A DNA stretch of 64,000 nucleotides from Bdellovibrionales bacterium (GTDB taxonomy: Bacteria > Bdellovibrionota > Bdellovibrionia > Bdellovibrionales > UBA1609), in the NCBI GenBank assembly GCA_041690295.1, contig JAWLHR010000003.1, positions 128,001 to 192,000 of the forward strand, written 5' to 3'. This document shows positions 1-8,537 of this stretch, piece after piece (position 1 is the stretch's first letter; every line of letters begins with the position of its first letter). Under the pieces are notes generated by a model that was not told where the DNA came from, did no database searches, and was given only the letters and a program-made list of their open reading frames with translations. The translations under genes and the position numbers were made by a program.

Positions 1-165
1 GAGCTCCTTGTTTTCAAATTTCAAACGGTCCTGGGGATCAGTGCCGCCGGCGAAGGTAAAACCTTTTTCGCGAAGCGCAAGGCAGACCCCAATGTGAAAA
101 GCGGCCGCCTTGACGCCTCCGCCGCTCAGAACCAATGCGATCCGTTTACGGTCAGATAACTTCAC
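1..165 (-). CDS. Patatin-like phospholipase, N-terminal part (runs off window start)
   Basis: Not in ORF track. Manual translation from GTG at 165 gives MKLSDRKRIALVLSGGGVKAAAFHIGVCLAL..., the patatin glycine-rich ALVLSGGG motif. Confidence 0.8.
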   Translation of the reverse strand, partial: MKLSDRKRIALVLSGGGVKAAAFHIGVCLALREKGFTFAGGTDPQDRLKFENKEL

Positions 166-184
166 TTGGTCAACTCTACGTGGA

Positions 185-390
185 TGAGTATTCAAAATCC
201 AGAAAAAGGCGACTACTCAGAATGACCAATCCTCTGAACTGGCCTTTGGGCCTTGTTTTCAGGGCATAGGCCCAGTTTTGGACCGTGACTACTCACATTG
301 CTTTACATGCCTAAATGCTATGCTAAGTTTTGAATATCCATAGGAGGAGTGTTGAGCACTCAGGCTTGGTTAACCTTAATTGAGTATTCA
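185..390. promoter_or_regulatory. Cluster of five 10-bp palindromic boxes (consensus TGAnTAnTCA)
   Basis: TGAGTATTCA 185-194, CGACTACTCA 210-219, TGACTACTCA 286-295, TGAGCACTCA 353-362, TGAGTATTCA 381-390. Confidence 0.6.
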
Positions 391-789
391 AACAAGTATC
401 GGGTGAGCTTGTCCACTCTGCGCCGGCGGATCAAAGGCGGCGAAATCGAGTACAAGTTTTCCGATGGGAAATATTTGATCAAGGATGGCCCGTTGCAAGT
501 CAGTTCGGAAGCGGAGGCAGTCGCCCCCCCACCCTCGGTGAAGCCTCAGCCGCGAAATGACGAATCGGCGGACAAAGACCAATTTTGGCGAACCACTCAA
601 GGCCTTTTGAATGAAATCAAAAAGGCCTACTCCCTCATCCTTCAGGAGAAGGAGGAGCAAATATTACAACTCAAGGAGGAGGTCGCGGACCTAAAGACAT
701 TGGTCCGCGTCCTTGAAGAAGACAACACGCGGATGAAATCCGCGGTTGCCCCACCTGACTTGGATCTCGACTTCGGATTGGAAGCTTAA
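349..789 (+). CDS. HTH (excisionase/MerR-like) DNA-binding protein with C-terminal coiled coil
   Basis: N-terminal WLTLIEYSNKYRVSLSTLRRRIK HTH; heptad coil KEEQILQLKEEVADLKTLVRVLEEDN; SD AGGAGG at 342-347 (start may be TTG 352). Confidence 0.75.
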   Translation: MLSTQAWLTLIEYSNKYRVSLSTLRRRIKGGEIEYKFSDGKYLIKDGPLQVSSEAEAVAPPPSVKPQPRNDESADKDQFWRTTQGLLNEIKKAYSLILQEKEEQILQLKEEVADLKTLVRVLEEDNTRMKSAVAPPDLDLDFGLEA

Positions 790-3194
790 GCCGCCGCCGC
801 CGGAGATTTGGGCTTCTTCGGCGCCTTGTCCTTGGTTTTTTGCTTGGCCGCTTTTTTATCGAAAGCCATCGCGAAAACCTCATCGAGATTTTCCACGAAC
901 ACGAAGCTCAGTTTCTTTTTGAACTCCTCGGGAATGTCGGCGAGGTCTTTCTGATTGGCGAGCGGCAGAATTATATTGGTGATGCCATGAGTGAGGGCCG
1001 CGAGTGATTTTTCGCGAATTCCTCCCACGGGCAGGACGCGGCCGGAAAGCGTAATTTCACCGGTCATCGCGATGTCCGTTCGAACCGGCACTCCGGTCAT
1101 CAAGCTGGTCAACGCGGTGGCCATCGTCACGCCCGCCGATGGACCATCTTTGGGAATGGCGCCCGCGGGCAAGTGAATGTGAACTTCGTTCGTTTCGAAA
1201 AATTCAGGGTCAATACCAAGTTCTTCACAATGGGCATGGGCGTAGGACCAAGCGGCACGAGCGGACTCTTTCATCACGTCGCCCAGCTGTCCCGTAAGTA
1301 CCAGGCCGCCTTTGCCTTTCATTTTCAAAGCTTCAACGTAGAGCACTTCACCGCCAGCCTGGGTCCAGGCGAGACCCGTGCTGATTCCCACTTGATTCTC
1401 TTTGAGGCGCTCCTCACGTAAAAAGCGGGGCGGACCCAAAAGCTCGGGAATGTTTTGCGGCGTGATCACCACTTTCTCGTTATGGCCGAAGACGAATTTC
1501 TTGGCCACTTTACGGCAAAGCGAGCCGATTTCGCGCTCGAGGTTCCGTAATCCAGCTTCACGGGTGTAATGGGAAATCAGATAAGACAAACCGTCATCGG
1601 TGAATTCAATTTGATCCTTGGTAATTCCGTTCGCCTCGATCTGGCGGGAAATCAGGTGTTCCTTCGCGATCAGAAGCTTGTCTGAATCCGTATAGCCGCT
1701 GATATTGATGGTTTCCATACGATCGCGAAGCGCCGGCGGGATGTTCTCGTAGACGTTCGCGGTGGCGATGAACAAAACATTGCTCAGATCGAAATCCACG
1801 TTGAGGTAGTTGTCGCGGAATGAATGGTTTTGTTCAGGATCGAGCACTTCGAGCATGGCGGCGCTCGGATCGCCACGGAAATCCGAACCAAGCTTGTCGA
1901 TTTCGTCGAGAACCATCACTGGATTATTGGTTTTCACTTGTTTCAAAGCTTGAATGATTTTGCCCGGCATGGCGCCCACATAGGTGCGGCGGTGACCGCG
2001 GATTTCCGCTTCGTCTTTGACACCGCCAAGGGCGATACGGAAATATTCGCGGCCCATCGATCGCGCGATGCTCTTACCGAGAGAGGTCTTTCCAACTCCC
2101 GGAGGGCCGACGAAGCAAAGGATTGGGCCCTTCATGTTTTTCTCTTTTAATTTACGGACAGCGAGAAATTCGAGAATGCGGTCTTTGGCTTTATGGAGGT
2201 CGTAGTGGTCTTCATCCAATATACGTTGCGCCCGGTGAAGGTCGAGATTGTCCACGGTGGATTTACTCCAGGGGAGATCCACCATCCAATCCAGATAAGT
2301 CCTCACCATACTGGCTTCGGAAGCATCCGGGTGCATGCGTTCCAAACGGCCGAGCTGTTTCAAAGCCTCGGCTTGAACATTTTCAGGCATTCCGGCCTTG
2401 ATAATGCGCTCCCGCAGCTCTTCCATTTCCTCGGTTTTCGAATCATTTTCACCGAGCTCGTTCTTTATGGCGCGCATTTGTTCGCGCAGGAAGTACTCAC
2501 GTTGGCTCTTGGACATTTCGTCCTTGGCCTGTGAGCGGATTCGGGCCTGCATTTGCAGGACTTCGAGTTCGTTGGCGAGAATCTCGTTCACCAGCAACAA
2601 ACGCTCTTTGGGATGGAAAGTTTCGAGAACGCGTTGGGCGTCGGCCACTTTCAATCCAAGATTGCTGGCGATCAAATCAGCCAGGCGGCCCGGATCGGAA
2701 ACATCATCAAGAACCAAAAGAATGTCCGGCGAGAGCATGCGTCCAAGAGCGATGATCTTTTCCAGATGCTCTTTGGCGTTTCGGATCATGGCTTCGAACT
2801 CAACGTTCGAGCCGGCCGCCACTGGAGTTTCTTCGATTTTTTCAACGGACACTTCGAAACAGGGATCGGATTTTACAAAACGCTTGATGCGACCTTTGGA
2901 AACACCTTGGATCAGAATTTTCACGCGGCCGTCGGAGAGTTTGCGCATGCGCATGATCATGGCGATCGTGCCCACGCGGTAAATGGTATTCTCGGAGGGA
3001 TTTTCTTCGGTGATTTCTTTTTGCGAGGCGAGGAAGATCAGACGATTCTTGCTCAGTGATTCCTCAACCGCCCGAATCGATGATTCGCGACCCACATACA
3101 GCGGAAGAATCATGTACGGAAACACGACAATGTCGCGAACCGGAAGCATGGGCAGGGTTTCGGGAATTTCTAAGGATCGTTCATCAAAGCTCAT
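786..3194 (-). CDS. lon: ATP-dependent Lon protease
   Basis: LON N domain, Walker [10 protein letters not shown], Walker [15 protein letters not shown] catalytic Ser. Start placed at ATG 3194 (GGAGG 6 nt upstream). Confidence 0.97.
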   Translation of the reverse strand: MSFDERSLEIPETLPMLPVRDIVVFPYMILPLYVGRESSIRAVEESLSKNRLIFLASQKEITEENPSENTIYRVGTIAMIMRMRKLSDGRVKILIQGVSKGRIKRFVKSDPCFEVSVEKIEETPVAAGSNVEFEAMIRNAKEHLEKIIALGRMLSPDILLVLDDVSDPGRLADLIASNLGLKVADAQRVLETFHPKERLLLVNEILANELEVLQMQARIRSQAKDEMSKSQREYFLREQMRAIKNELGENDSKTEEMEELRERIIKAGMPENVQAEALKQLGRLERMHPDASEASMVRTYLDWMVDLPWSKSTVDNLDLHRAQRILDEDHYDLHKAKDRILEFLAVRKLKEKNMKGPILCFVGPPGVGKTSLGKSIARSMGREYFRIALGGVKDEAEIRGHRRTYVGAMPGKIIQALKQVKTNNPVMVLDEIDKLGSDFRGDPSAAMLEVLDPEQNHSFRDNYLNVDFDLSNVLFIATANVYENIPPALRDRMETINISGYTDSDKLLIAKEHLISRQIEANGITKDQIEFTDDGLSYLISHYTREAGLRNLEREIGSLCRKVAKKFVFGHNEKVVITPQNIPELLGPPRFLREERLKENQVGISTGLAWTQAGGEVLYVEALKMKGKGGLVLTGQLGDVMKESARAAWSYAHAHCEELGIDPEFFETNEVHIHLPAGAIPKDGPSAGVTMATALTSLMTGVPVRTDIAMTGEITLSGRVLPVGGIREKSLAALTHGITNIILPLANQKDLADIPEEFKKKLSFVFVENLDEVFAMAFDKKAAKQKTKDKAPKKPKSPAAAA

Positions 3195-3200
3195 TTGCAT

Positions 3201-3251
3201 CCTCCGCGTCTCGCGGCAAAGGTGTTCATGTAAAAACCTTGTCGGCGGAGG
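3201..3251 (-). promoter_or_regulatory. Hairpin in lon 5' leader that pairs with the Shine-Dalgarno
   Basis: mRNA CCUCCGC...AAGGU...ACCUU...GCGGAGG: 7-bp outer stem containing GGAGG plus an inner stem. Confidence 0.5.
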
Positions 3252-3369
3252 TTTAAAATGGCTTTAAGCGCTAAAGCCCTGCAGATAGTCTGGAAATTGG
3301 AATTTCCCGTGGTCTGTAAGACTTTATTTAGCCATCAGTCCGGAGTATGAAATTTTCCTATTTCTCCCA

Positions 3370-3729
3370 TTAGGCGCGCTTGGAGCCCCCCGATTCGCGG
3401 ATTTCAGCGCCTTCGATACTGAGTCTTGTCCAGGGGATAGCTAACAGACGTTCAAGTGAGATGGGCTCACCGGTTTCCTCACAAATGCCGTAGGTGCCCC
3501 TCTCAATCCGGGAAAGCGCGGCTTCGATCTCGAAAATTTGCTTTCTTAACCTTTGTTGAGCCGCGAAAAGCTGATTCTCCGTCAAAATGGATACAGTTTG
3601 ATCAACTTCGTCGCCACGATGATCCCTCTCGCGGAAATCCGCGACGTAGTTGCTGAAGCGGTTCAGAAGCTCCTCTTTCGCACGTATGAGTTTCTGCTTG
3701 CATTGGGCGATTGTTTCTTTGTCGATCAT
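3370..3729 (-). CDS. TraR/DksA family transcription factor
   Basis: DEVD coiled-coil tip, ALSRIERGTYGICEETGEPISLERLLAIPW; start MIDKE with GGAGGGG SD. Confidence 0.88.
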   Translation of the reverse strand: MIDKETIAQCKQKLIRAKEELLNRFSNYVADFRERDHRGDEVDQTVSILTENQLFAAQQRLRKQIFEIEAALSRIERGTYGICEETGEPISLERLLAIPWTRLSIEGAEIRESGGSKRA

Positions 3730-3785
3730 GTCCCCTCCCGTCCAGGTCGACTTAAACCTAAAGACAAAAGGGGGAGCCTGGCCGG

Positions 3786-5789
3786 TTATCGCCGGACAGG
3801 CTTTTTCTGAGAGGGCTCGGCGGAATCGTTCTCGAGCTCGGGTGACCAAGCCGTGATGCTGTTTTGCTTCACGACGAAAGGCGTAAGCGGCCGCACAAGT
3901 TCACGGTTCGCGTTCATGGTCATTGGTCCAGTGATACCTTTGAATTCACGAATATTGTTGAGAGCCGAAGCCAAACCCACGCGGGAACGCTCGCCATTTT
4001 CAATCAGGCGTCTGAGGAGCAATCCGGTTTCATATCCTTGGGATTCGAAGATGCCCGGCTCTTCCCCGTAGGCTTCTTTGAAATCTTTAAAAAATTTCGA
4101 GCTGCGGAAAGCCGGGTCATTGATCAGATTACTGTCGACGAAGACCGCGTTTTCCACGTTTTGTTGTCCCCGGCGGATCAGTTCCGAAGAATTCCAGACA
4201 TTCGTGCCCAGCATTCGAATGTTGGTGACACCCTGATACGCCAGCATGGGCGCGATTTGCCCCACCGCACGGGGAGTGTCGGGAATGAAGATCGCATCGA
4301 AATCAACGATGGGAGGCAAGAGATCATCGGGAGGACTTCGCCGTGCCGAAACCCGTTTTTGTTTTTTAAACCACTCGGTCACGCGACTTCTATATTCCGT
4401 ACGACGATCTTCAACATAAAAAGTTCCGACCAAACGCTTAACCGGTCCGCGAAAGTCCGTTTCTTTGGGATTGTACACCTGGGCTCCGGCGATCACGCCG
4501 CCACGGGCGAGAACTTCGTCCCAGAATAAATTAGCGTACTCCACGCCGTAGGGATCATTGGGATAGAGAATGGCGAACCTTTTCAGCTTCAGATCTTCCA
4601 TCGCCAGGCGAACCAATTCTTTGACCTGCATTTCACTGGTGACGGCGTTACGAAATATGTACGGCCCGATCTCGGTCAGTCCGGCTTTTTGCGAAAGGGC
4701 GATTGAAGGCACTCCGAGTTCATCGGCTTTGGCGGCGACCGTGGCCGCGGTCCGGCTTAAAAGACTGCCGACAATGGCAATCGCGCTATCTTCAAGAACC
4801 AACCGTTCCACCGACTGGCGCGCCTGATCCGGTGAGCCTTCACTATCGACAACCGCGAGACGGAAGGAACTTCGATCCGGTCCGGTGATGCCAAGCCCTA
4901 GGCGCAAACCATTCAATGTCTTATACGCGACGGTCGAGTACCGGCCGGTGAGAGGTAAGACCGCCCCGATCGTGTCGGCGTCCACGCGCCGGCGTGAATC
5001 GATCTGTTGAACATAACTTTCGGCCCGGCTTTGGTAAGGTGTTCCCTGTCCCCATTCCGCCGCTCGCGCGAAAAAACTTCGGGCATCGTCGTATTTTTTC
5101 TTCTGCAAGCGGAACATTCCCAAGCGGAACGCGGCTTGCGCGCGGACGAAACCGAACTCCTCATCACCCACGATTTTTTCCAGATCCGATTCCGTCAGAT
5201 ATTGCGTGACGACTTCCGAAGCGCGGGCCTGCGCCGAAGACTTGGCTTCGGGGTTTGGATCCTTCGCGTAGATAAAGGCCAAAGCTCTTAAAGCGTCCAA
5301 ACGATCGCCGGTGGTGACGAGCACGGCGTAACGATGGCGGTACAATTCGAGCTTAAACGCATCGGACAGCCCCGGGATTTTTAATCCGCGGGCGCTCAGG
5401 GCGAGCGATTCATCCAAGCGACCCATTTTATGAAGACAGCGGGATGCACCAAGCAGGGCTTCGGCTTCATTGGCGGTGAAAACATCGGATTCCACCAGAC
5501 TCATATAGGTGGTGTAAGCCAAATCGAATTTTTGATGTTTGAAATAGATTCGCGCCAATTGAATGGTCGCATCATCGGCCGCATCGGAATTGGGGAATTT
5601 ATTAATCACCCATTTAAAACGGCGAACGGCTTTCGCCTCCGCTCCGGCTGCAAGTTCAACCTGGGCTTTGGCCACTTGCTGTTTAGCATCGGAGGGCGCT
5701 TCCGCCCGGGGTTTTTTCTTCGGCGCCAAAGAACAAGATGCAATCAATAATGTCAAAGCGGTAACTGCCAGCCAGCGTAGCCAATTCAT
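3786..5789 (-). CDS. Penicillin-binding protein activator LpoA/LppC-like lipoprotein (TPR + periplasmic-binding-fold domain)
   Basis: Lipobox LIASC, TPR-like helices, IGAVLPLTG and AIVGSL motifs. Confidence 0.82.
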   Translation of the reverse strand: MNWLRWLAVTALTLLIASCSLAPKKKPRAEAPSDAKQQVAKAQVELAAGAEAKAVRRFKWVINKFPNSDAADDATIQLARIYFKHQKFDLAYTTYMSLVESDVFTANEAEALLGASRCLHKMGRLDESLALSARGLKIPGLSDAFKLELYRHRYAVLVTTGDRLDALRALAFIYAKDPNPEAKSSAQARASEVVTQYLTESDLEKIVGDEEFGFVRAQAAFRLGMFRLQKKKYDDARSFFARAAEWGQGTPYQSRAESYVQQIDSRRRVDADTIGAVLPLTGRYSTVAYKTLNGLRLGLGITGPDRSSFRLAVVDSEGSPDQARQSVERLVLEDSAIAIVGSLLSRTAATVAAKADELGVPSIALSQKAGLTEIGPYIFRNAVTSEMQVKELVRLAMEDLKLKRFAILYPNDPYGVEYANLFWDEVLARGGVIAGAQVYNPKETDFRGPVKRLVGTFYVEDRRTEYRSRVTEWFKKQKRVSARRSPPDDLLPPIVDFDAIFIPDTPRAVGQIAPMLAYQGVTNIRMLGTNVWNSSELIRRGQQNVENAVFVDSNLINDPAFRSSKFFKDFKEAYGEEPGIFESQGYETGLLLRRLIENGERSRVGLASALNNIREFKGITGPMTMNANRELVRPLTPFVVKQNSITAWSPELENDSAEPSQKKPVRR

Positions 5790-6784
5790 TATGAAGACCT
5801 CTGTTGCATTAAACGTCTCATCTTATCCCGAAACTCATTAACTAAGGGAGAATTGCCCGCGGTTTTTCGCAGCTTTTCAAGCGATTCCCGGTCTTCCGGC
5901 GAAATGGTACTCGGAACATCTACAATGACTTTCACCAGCATATCGCCCGGTGCATAGCCACCGATATCGGGAAACCCTTTCCCCTTCAATCGGAAGATCT
6001 GGCCGGGATGAGTGCCCGGGGGGATATTCAGAATCGCCTTCCCCGTGAGTGTGGGGACTTCAATCTGCGTTCCCAACAACGCATCCACGAACGAGATGGG
6101 AAGCTCCATGAGGACATCGTTATCTTTGCGTTTGAACAGGGGATGGTCCTGGAAATTGATGATCACATACAAATCGCCCGGTTTACCGGCTCCGGGCGGA
6201 CTGTCACCTTCACCGCGCAATTTCAAGCGCTGCCCGGTTTTAACGCCGGCCGGGACTGTGATTGAAAGTTTGGCGTGGTCTTCGCGACCGCCACGATGGC
6301 GTACGAAATGGATTCGTTTCTCCGTGCCCGTGGCCGCTTCTTCGAGCGTGATGTTCAGTGTGTAACGGAGATCGGCGCCCCGCTCTTCCCGGCGAAATCC
6401 GCGCCGTCCCGCCTCGCCCGTGAAAATCTCGCCAAAAAAATCGCTGAACAAATCTTGAAAATCCGCGCTCTGCCGGGGATCGAATCCTTGGAAGCCGCCG
6501 AATCCCTCGAATCCGCGGAAGGGGCCCGCGCCCGGACCGCCGGCTCCCGGCCCACCCGCTTGAAAGGCGGCATGGCCGAACTGATCATACATTTTTTTCT
6601 TTTTCGGATCGCTGAGGACGTCGTACGCCTCATTCACTTCTTTGAATCGCTCTTCCGCCACCTTGTCGCCGGGATTTTTGTCGGGGTGATATTTGAGCGC
6701 GAGTTTTCGGAAAGCTTTTTTAAGCTCATCGGCAGAGGCTTGGCGGGAAACACCCAAAATGCTGTAGTAATCTTTTTTGGCCAA
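5789..6784 (-). CDS. dnaJ: DnaJ-family chaperone, type II (no zinc finger)
   Basis: J domain with HPD, G/F-rich linker, C-terminal domain; no CxxCxGxG repeats; TTG start. Confidence 0.88.
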   Translation of the reverse strand: MAKKDYYSILGVSRQASADELKKAFRKLALKYHPDKNPGDKVAEERFKEVNEAYDVLSDPKKKKMYDQFGHAAFQAGGPGAGGPGAGPFRGFEGFGGFQGFDPRQSADFQDLFSDFFGEIFTGEAGRRGFRREERGADLRYTLNITLEEAATGTEKRIHFVRHRGGREDHAKLSITVPAGVKTGQRLKLRGEGDSPPGAGKPGDLYVIINFQDHPLFKRKDNDVLMELPISFVDALLGTQIEVPTLTGKAILNIPPGTHPGQIFRLKGKGFPDIGGYAPGDMLVKVIVDVPSTISPEDRESLEKLRKTAGNSPLVNEFRDKMRRLMQQRSS

Positions 6785-6793
6785 TAAACCCTC

Positions 6794-7312
6794 TTACTCT
6801 TTCGCTTCTATCGCCACGATGACCTGGGCGGGCCTTAAAAGTTTATCATGCATTTTGTAGGCTTTTTTGAGTACCCGAATGATTTGTCCCGCGGGCACGT
6901 CGGCGCGTGGTTCACTTCCCAGGGCATCATGAACGTTGGGATCGAAGGGCACGCCCTCCGCTTTCACCTCTTCCACTCCGAATTTTTGCAAAAGCTGGCG
7001 CAATGATTTGGCGATCATTTCGACACCTTGGCGGAACGAACCCGGGTCAGCATCGGCCGGAGCTTCCAAGGCGCGCTCAAAATCATCGATGATTCCCAAC
7101 ATTTCGCGGATGAATTTTTCGGAACCGTATTTGACCAACTCGGAACGCTCTTTAATGGCGTTTTTGCGGTAATTGTCGAATTCCGCGAGAAGGTACAGGT
7201 AATCGTTTTTGGCTTTATCCAATTCCGCTTGGATTTTTTTGAGATCGGGAGCGGAGGTCTCTTCCGCTCCTTCCGCCGGCTTTTCGGGAGTGTTATCAGG
7301 CTTTTCAGTCAT
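6794..7312 (-). CDS. grpE: Nucleotide exchange factor GrpE
   Basis: AEFDNYRK, FDPNVHDA, LLRPAQVIV. Confidence 0.95.
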   Translation of the reverse strand: MTEKPDNTPEKPAEGAEETSAPDLKKIQAELDKAKNDYLYLLAEFDNYRKNAIKERSELVKYGSEKFIREMLGIIDDFERALEAPADADPGSFRQGVEMIAKSLRQLLQKFGVEEVKAEGVPFDPNVHDALGSEPRADVPAGQIIRVLKKAYKMHDKLLRPAQVIVAIEAKE

Positions 7313-7350
7313 AGACCTAAGTATGGGTCCGGCATTTCACCTGTCAATGC

Positions 7351-8520
7351 TCACAGAGCTACATCTTCCGGCAGAAAACAGAGTTCTTCGAAGACCTTAT
7401 TGCTCACCATTTGACCCTGTGATGTGAGCCGCCAACCACGATCATTTTTGGTGACAAGACCCTGTGATTCGAGCCGGTCCAATCGTGGTTGCAATCGCCT
7501 TATGATGGTTTCCGGAAACTTTTCATGCAGCGCGTCTTTTGGCATTCCAAACCCGGTTCGCAAATGGGTGTGTGTGAAGTCTGTCAGAGCTTCGTGGACG
7601 TTGAGTGATTCCCGTTGATTCTCGACAATCACGTCAGCGAATTTCTCACCTGACCGAAAGACCTGTTTTTCATATTCGGCCAATGATTTTGGATTCCAGA
7701 AACGCGTTCCGAAATTTCCCCAGGAACGCTGATAAGAATGGCTGCTCAGACCGATGCCCCAATAATCTTTATCCGTCCAGTACGCGATATTGTGACGCGA
7801 TTCAAAGCCCGGTTTGGCGAAGTTGGAGATTTCGTATTTAACCAGACCAAGGCGGCGCAAATGGGATTCGATTTCATCAAACATCGCCACTTGCTCCGCT
7901 TCCGGAGCCCGGCCGCGATTCATGGGATGGCCCTCCGGCACCGTCAAACAGTAAGCGCTCAAGTGGGGCGGCGAGTACTCGGAAACTATTTCAAGGTCTT
8001 TTCGTAAATCTTCGAGAGACTGACCGGGCAAAGCAAAAAGGAGATCGAAGGAATAATTTAAATTATGTTTGTGTAATAATCTGAGCGTTTCGTGGGTGTC
8101 TTGCGAATTGTGCTTGCGCCCACATTTCTTAAGCAAAGAATCATTAAATGTCTGCGCGCCCACGCTGAACCGGTTGATTCCCGCGGCCAGATAAGCTTGC
8201 AGTTTGTTTTCATCCATTGTGGCGGGATTGATTTCAATGGTGGCTTCCGCGTCGTCGGCCAGCGGCAATCCATTGTTTGCAAGTTCGCGCACAATCATTA
8301 CAATAAGATCTGACGAAATCAGGCTCGGAGTTCCACCGCCGAAATACAGGGATCCAATCTTGGATTGTGACCAAAACTTCCGGCGTTGCCGGATTTCCTG
8401 TAGGACCCATTGGACGTATCGCTCAGGCGGAAGAATTTCGGTCCACTCGAACGTGGTGAAGTCGCAGTAGCGGCACCGTTGCAGGCAATAGGGAATGTGG
8501 ACATAGACGGCGAGCGCCAT
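7351..8520 (-). CDS. hemW: Radical SAM heme chaperone HemW (HemN-like)
   Basis: YVHIPYCLQRCRYCDF, YFGGGTPS, YEISNFA, HNIAYW. Confidence 0.9.
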   Translation of the reverse strand: MALAVYVHIPYCLQRCRYCDFTTFEWTEILPPERYVQWVLQEIRQRRKFWSQSKIGSLYFGGGTPSLISSDLIVMIVRELANNGLPLADDAEATIEINPATMDENKLQAYLAAGINRFSVGAQTFNDSLLKKCGRKHNSQDTHETLRLLHKHNLNYSFDLLFALPGQSLEDLRKDLEIVSEYSPPHLSAYCLTVPEGHPMNRGRAPEAEQVAMFDEIESHLRRLGLVKYEISNFAKPGFESRHNIAYWTDKDYWGIGLSSHSYQRSWGNFGTRFWNPKSLAEYEKQVFRSGEKFADVIVENQRESLNVHEALTDFTHTHLRTGFGMPKDALHEKFPETIIRRLQPRLDRLESQGLVTKNDRGWRLTSQGQMVSNKVFEELCFLPEDVAL

Positions 8521-8537
8521 GGATAGGGTCTAAGTTT

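Noticed and set aside
3730..3785. Possible SD-pairing structure upstream of the dksA-like gene (CTCCC/GGGAG, CCAGG/CCTGG)
   Set aside because: Short competing stems; not convincing by eye.
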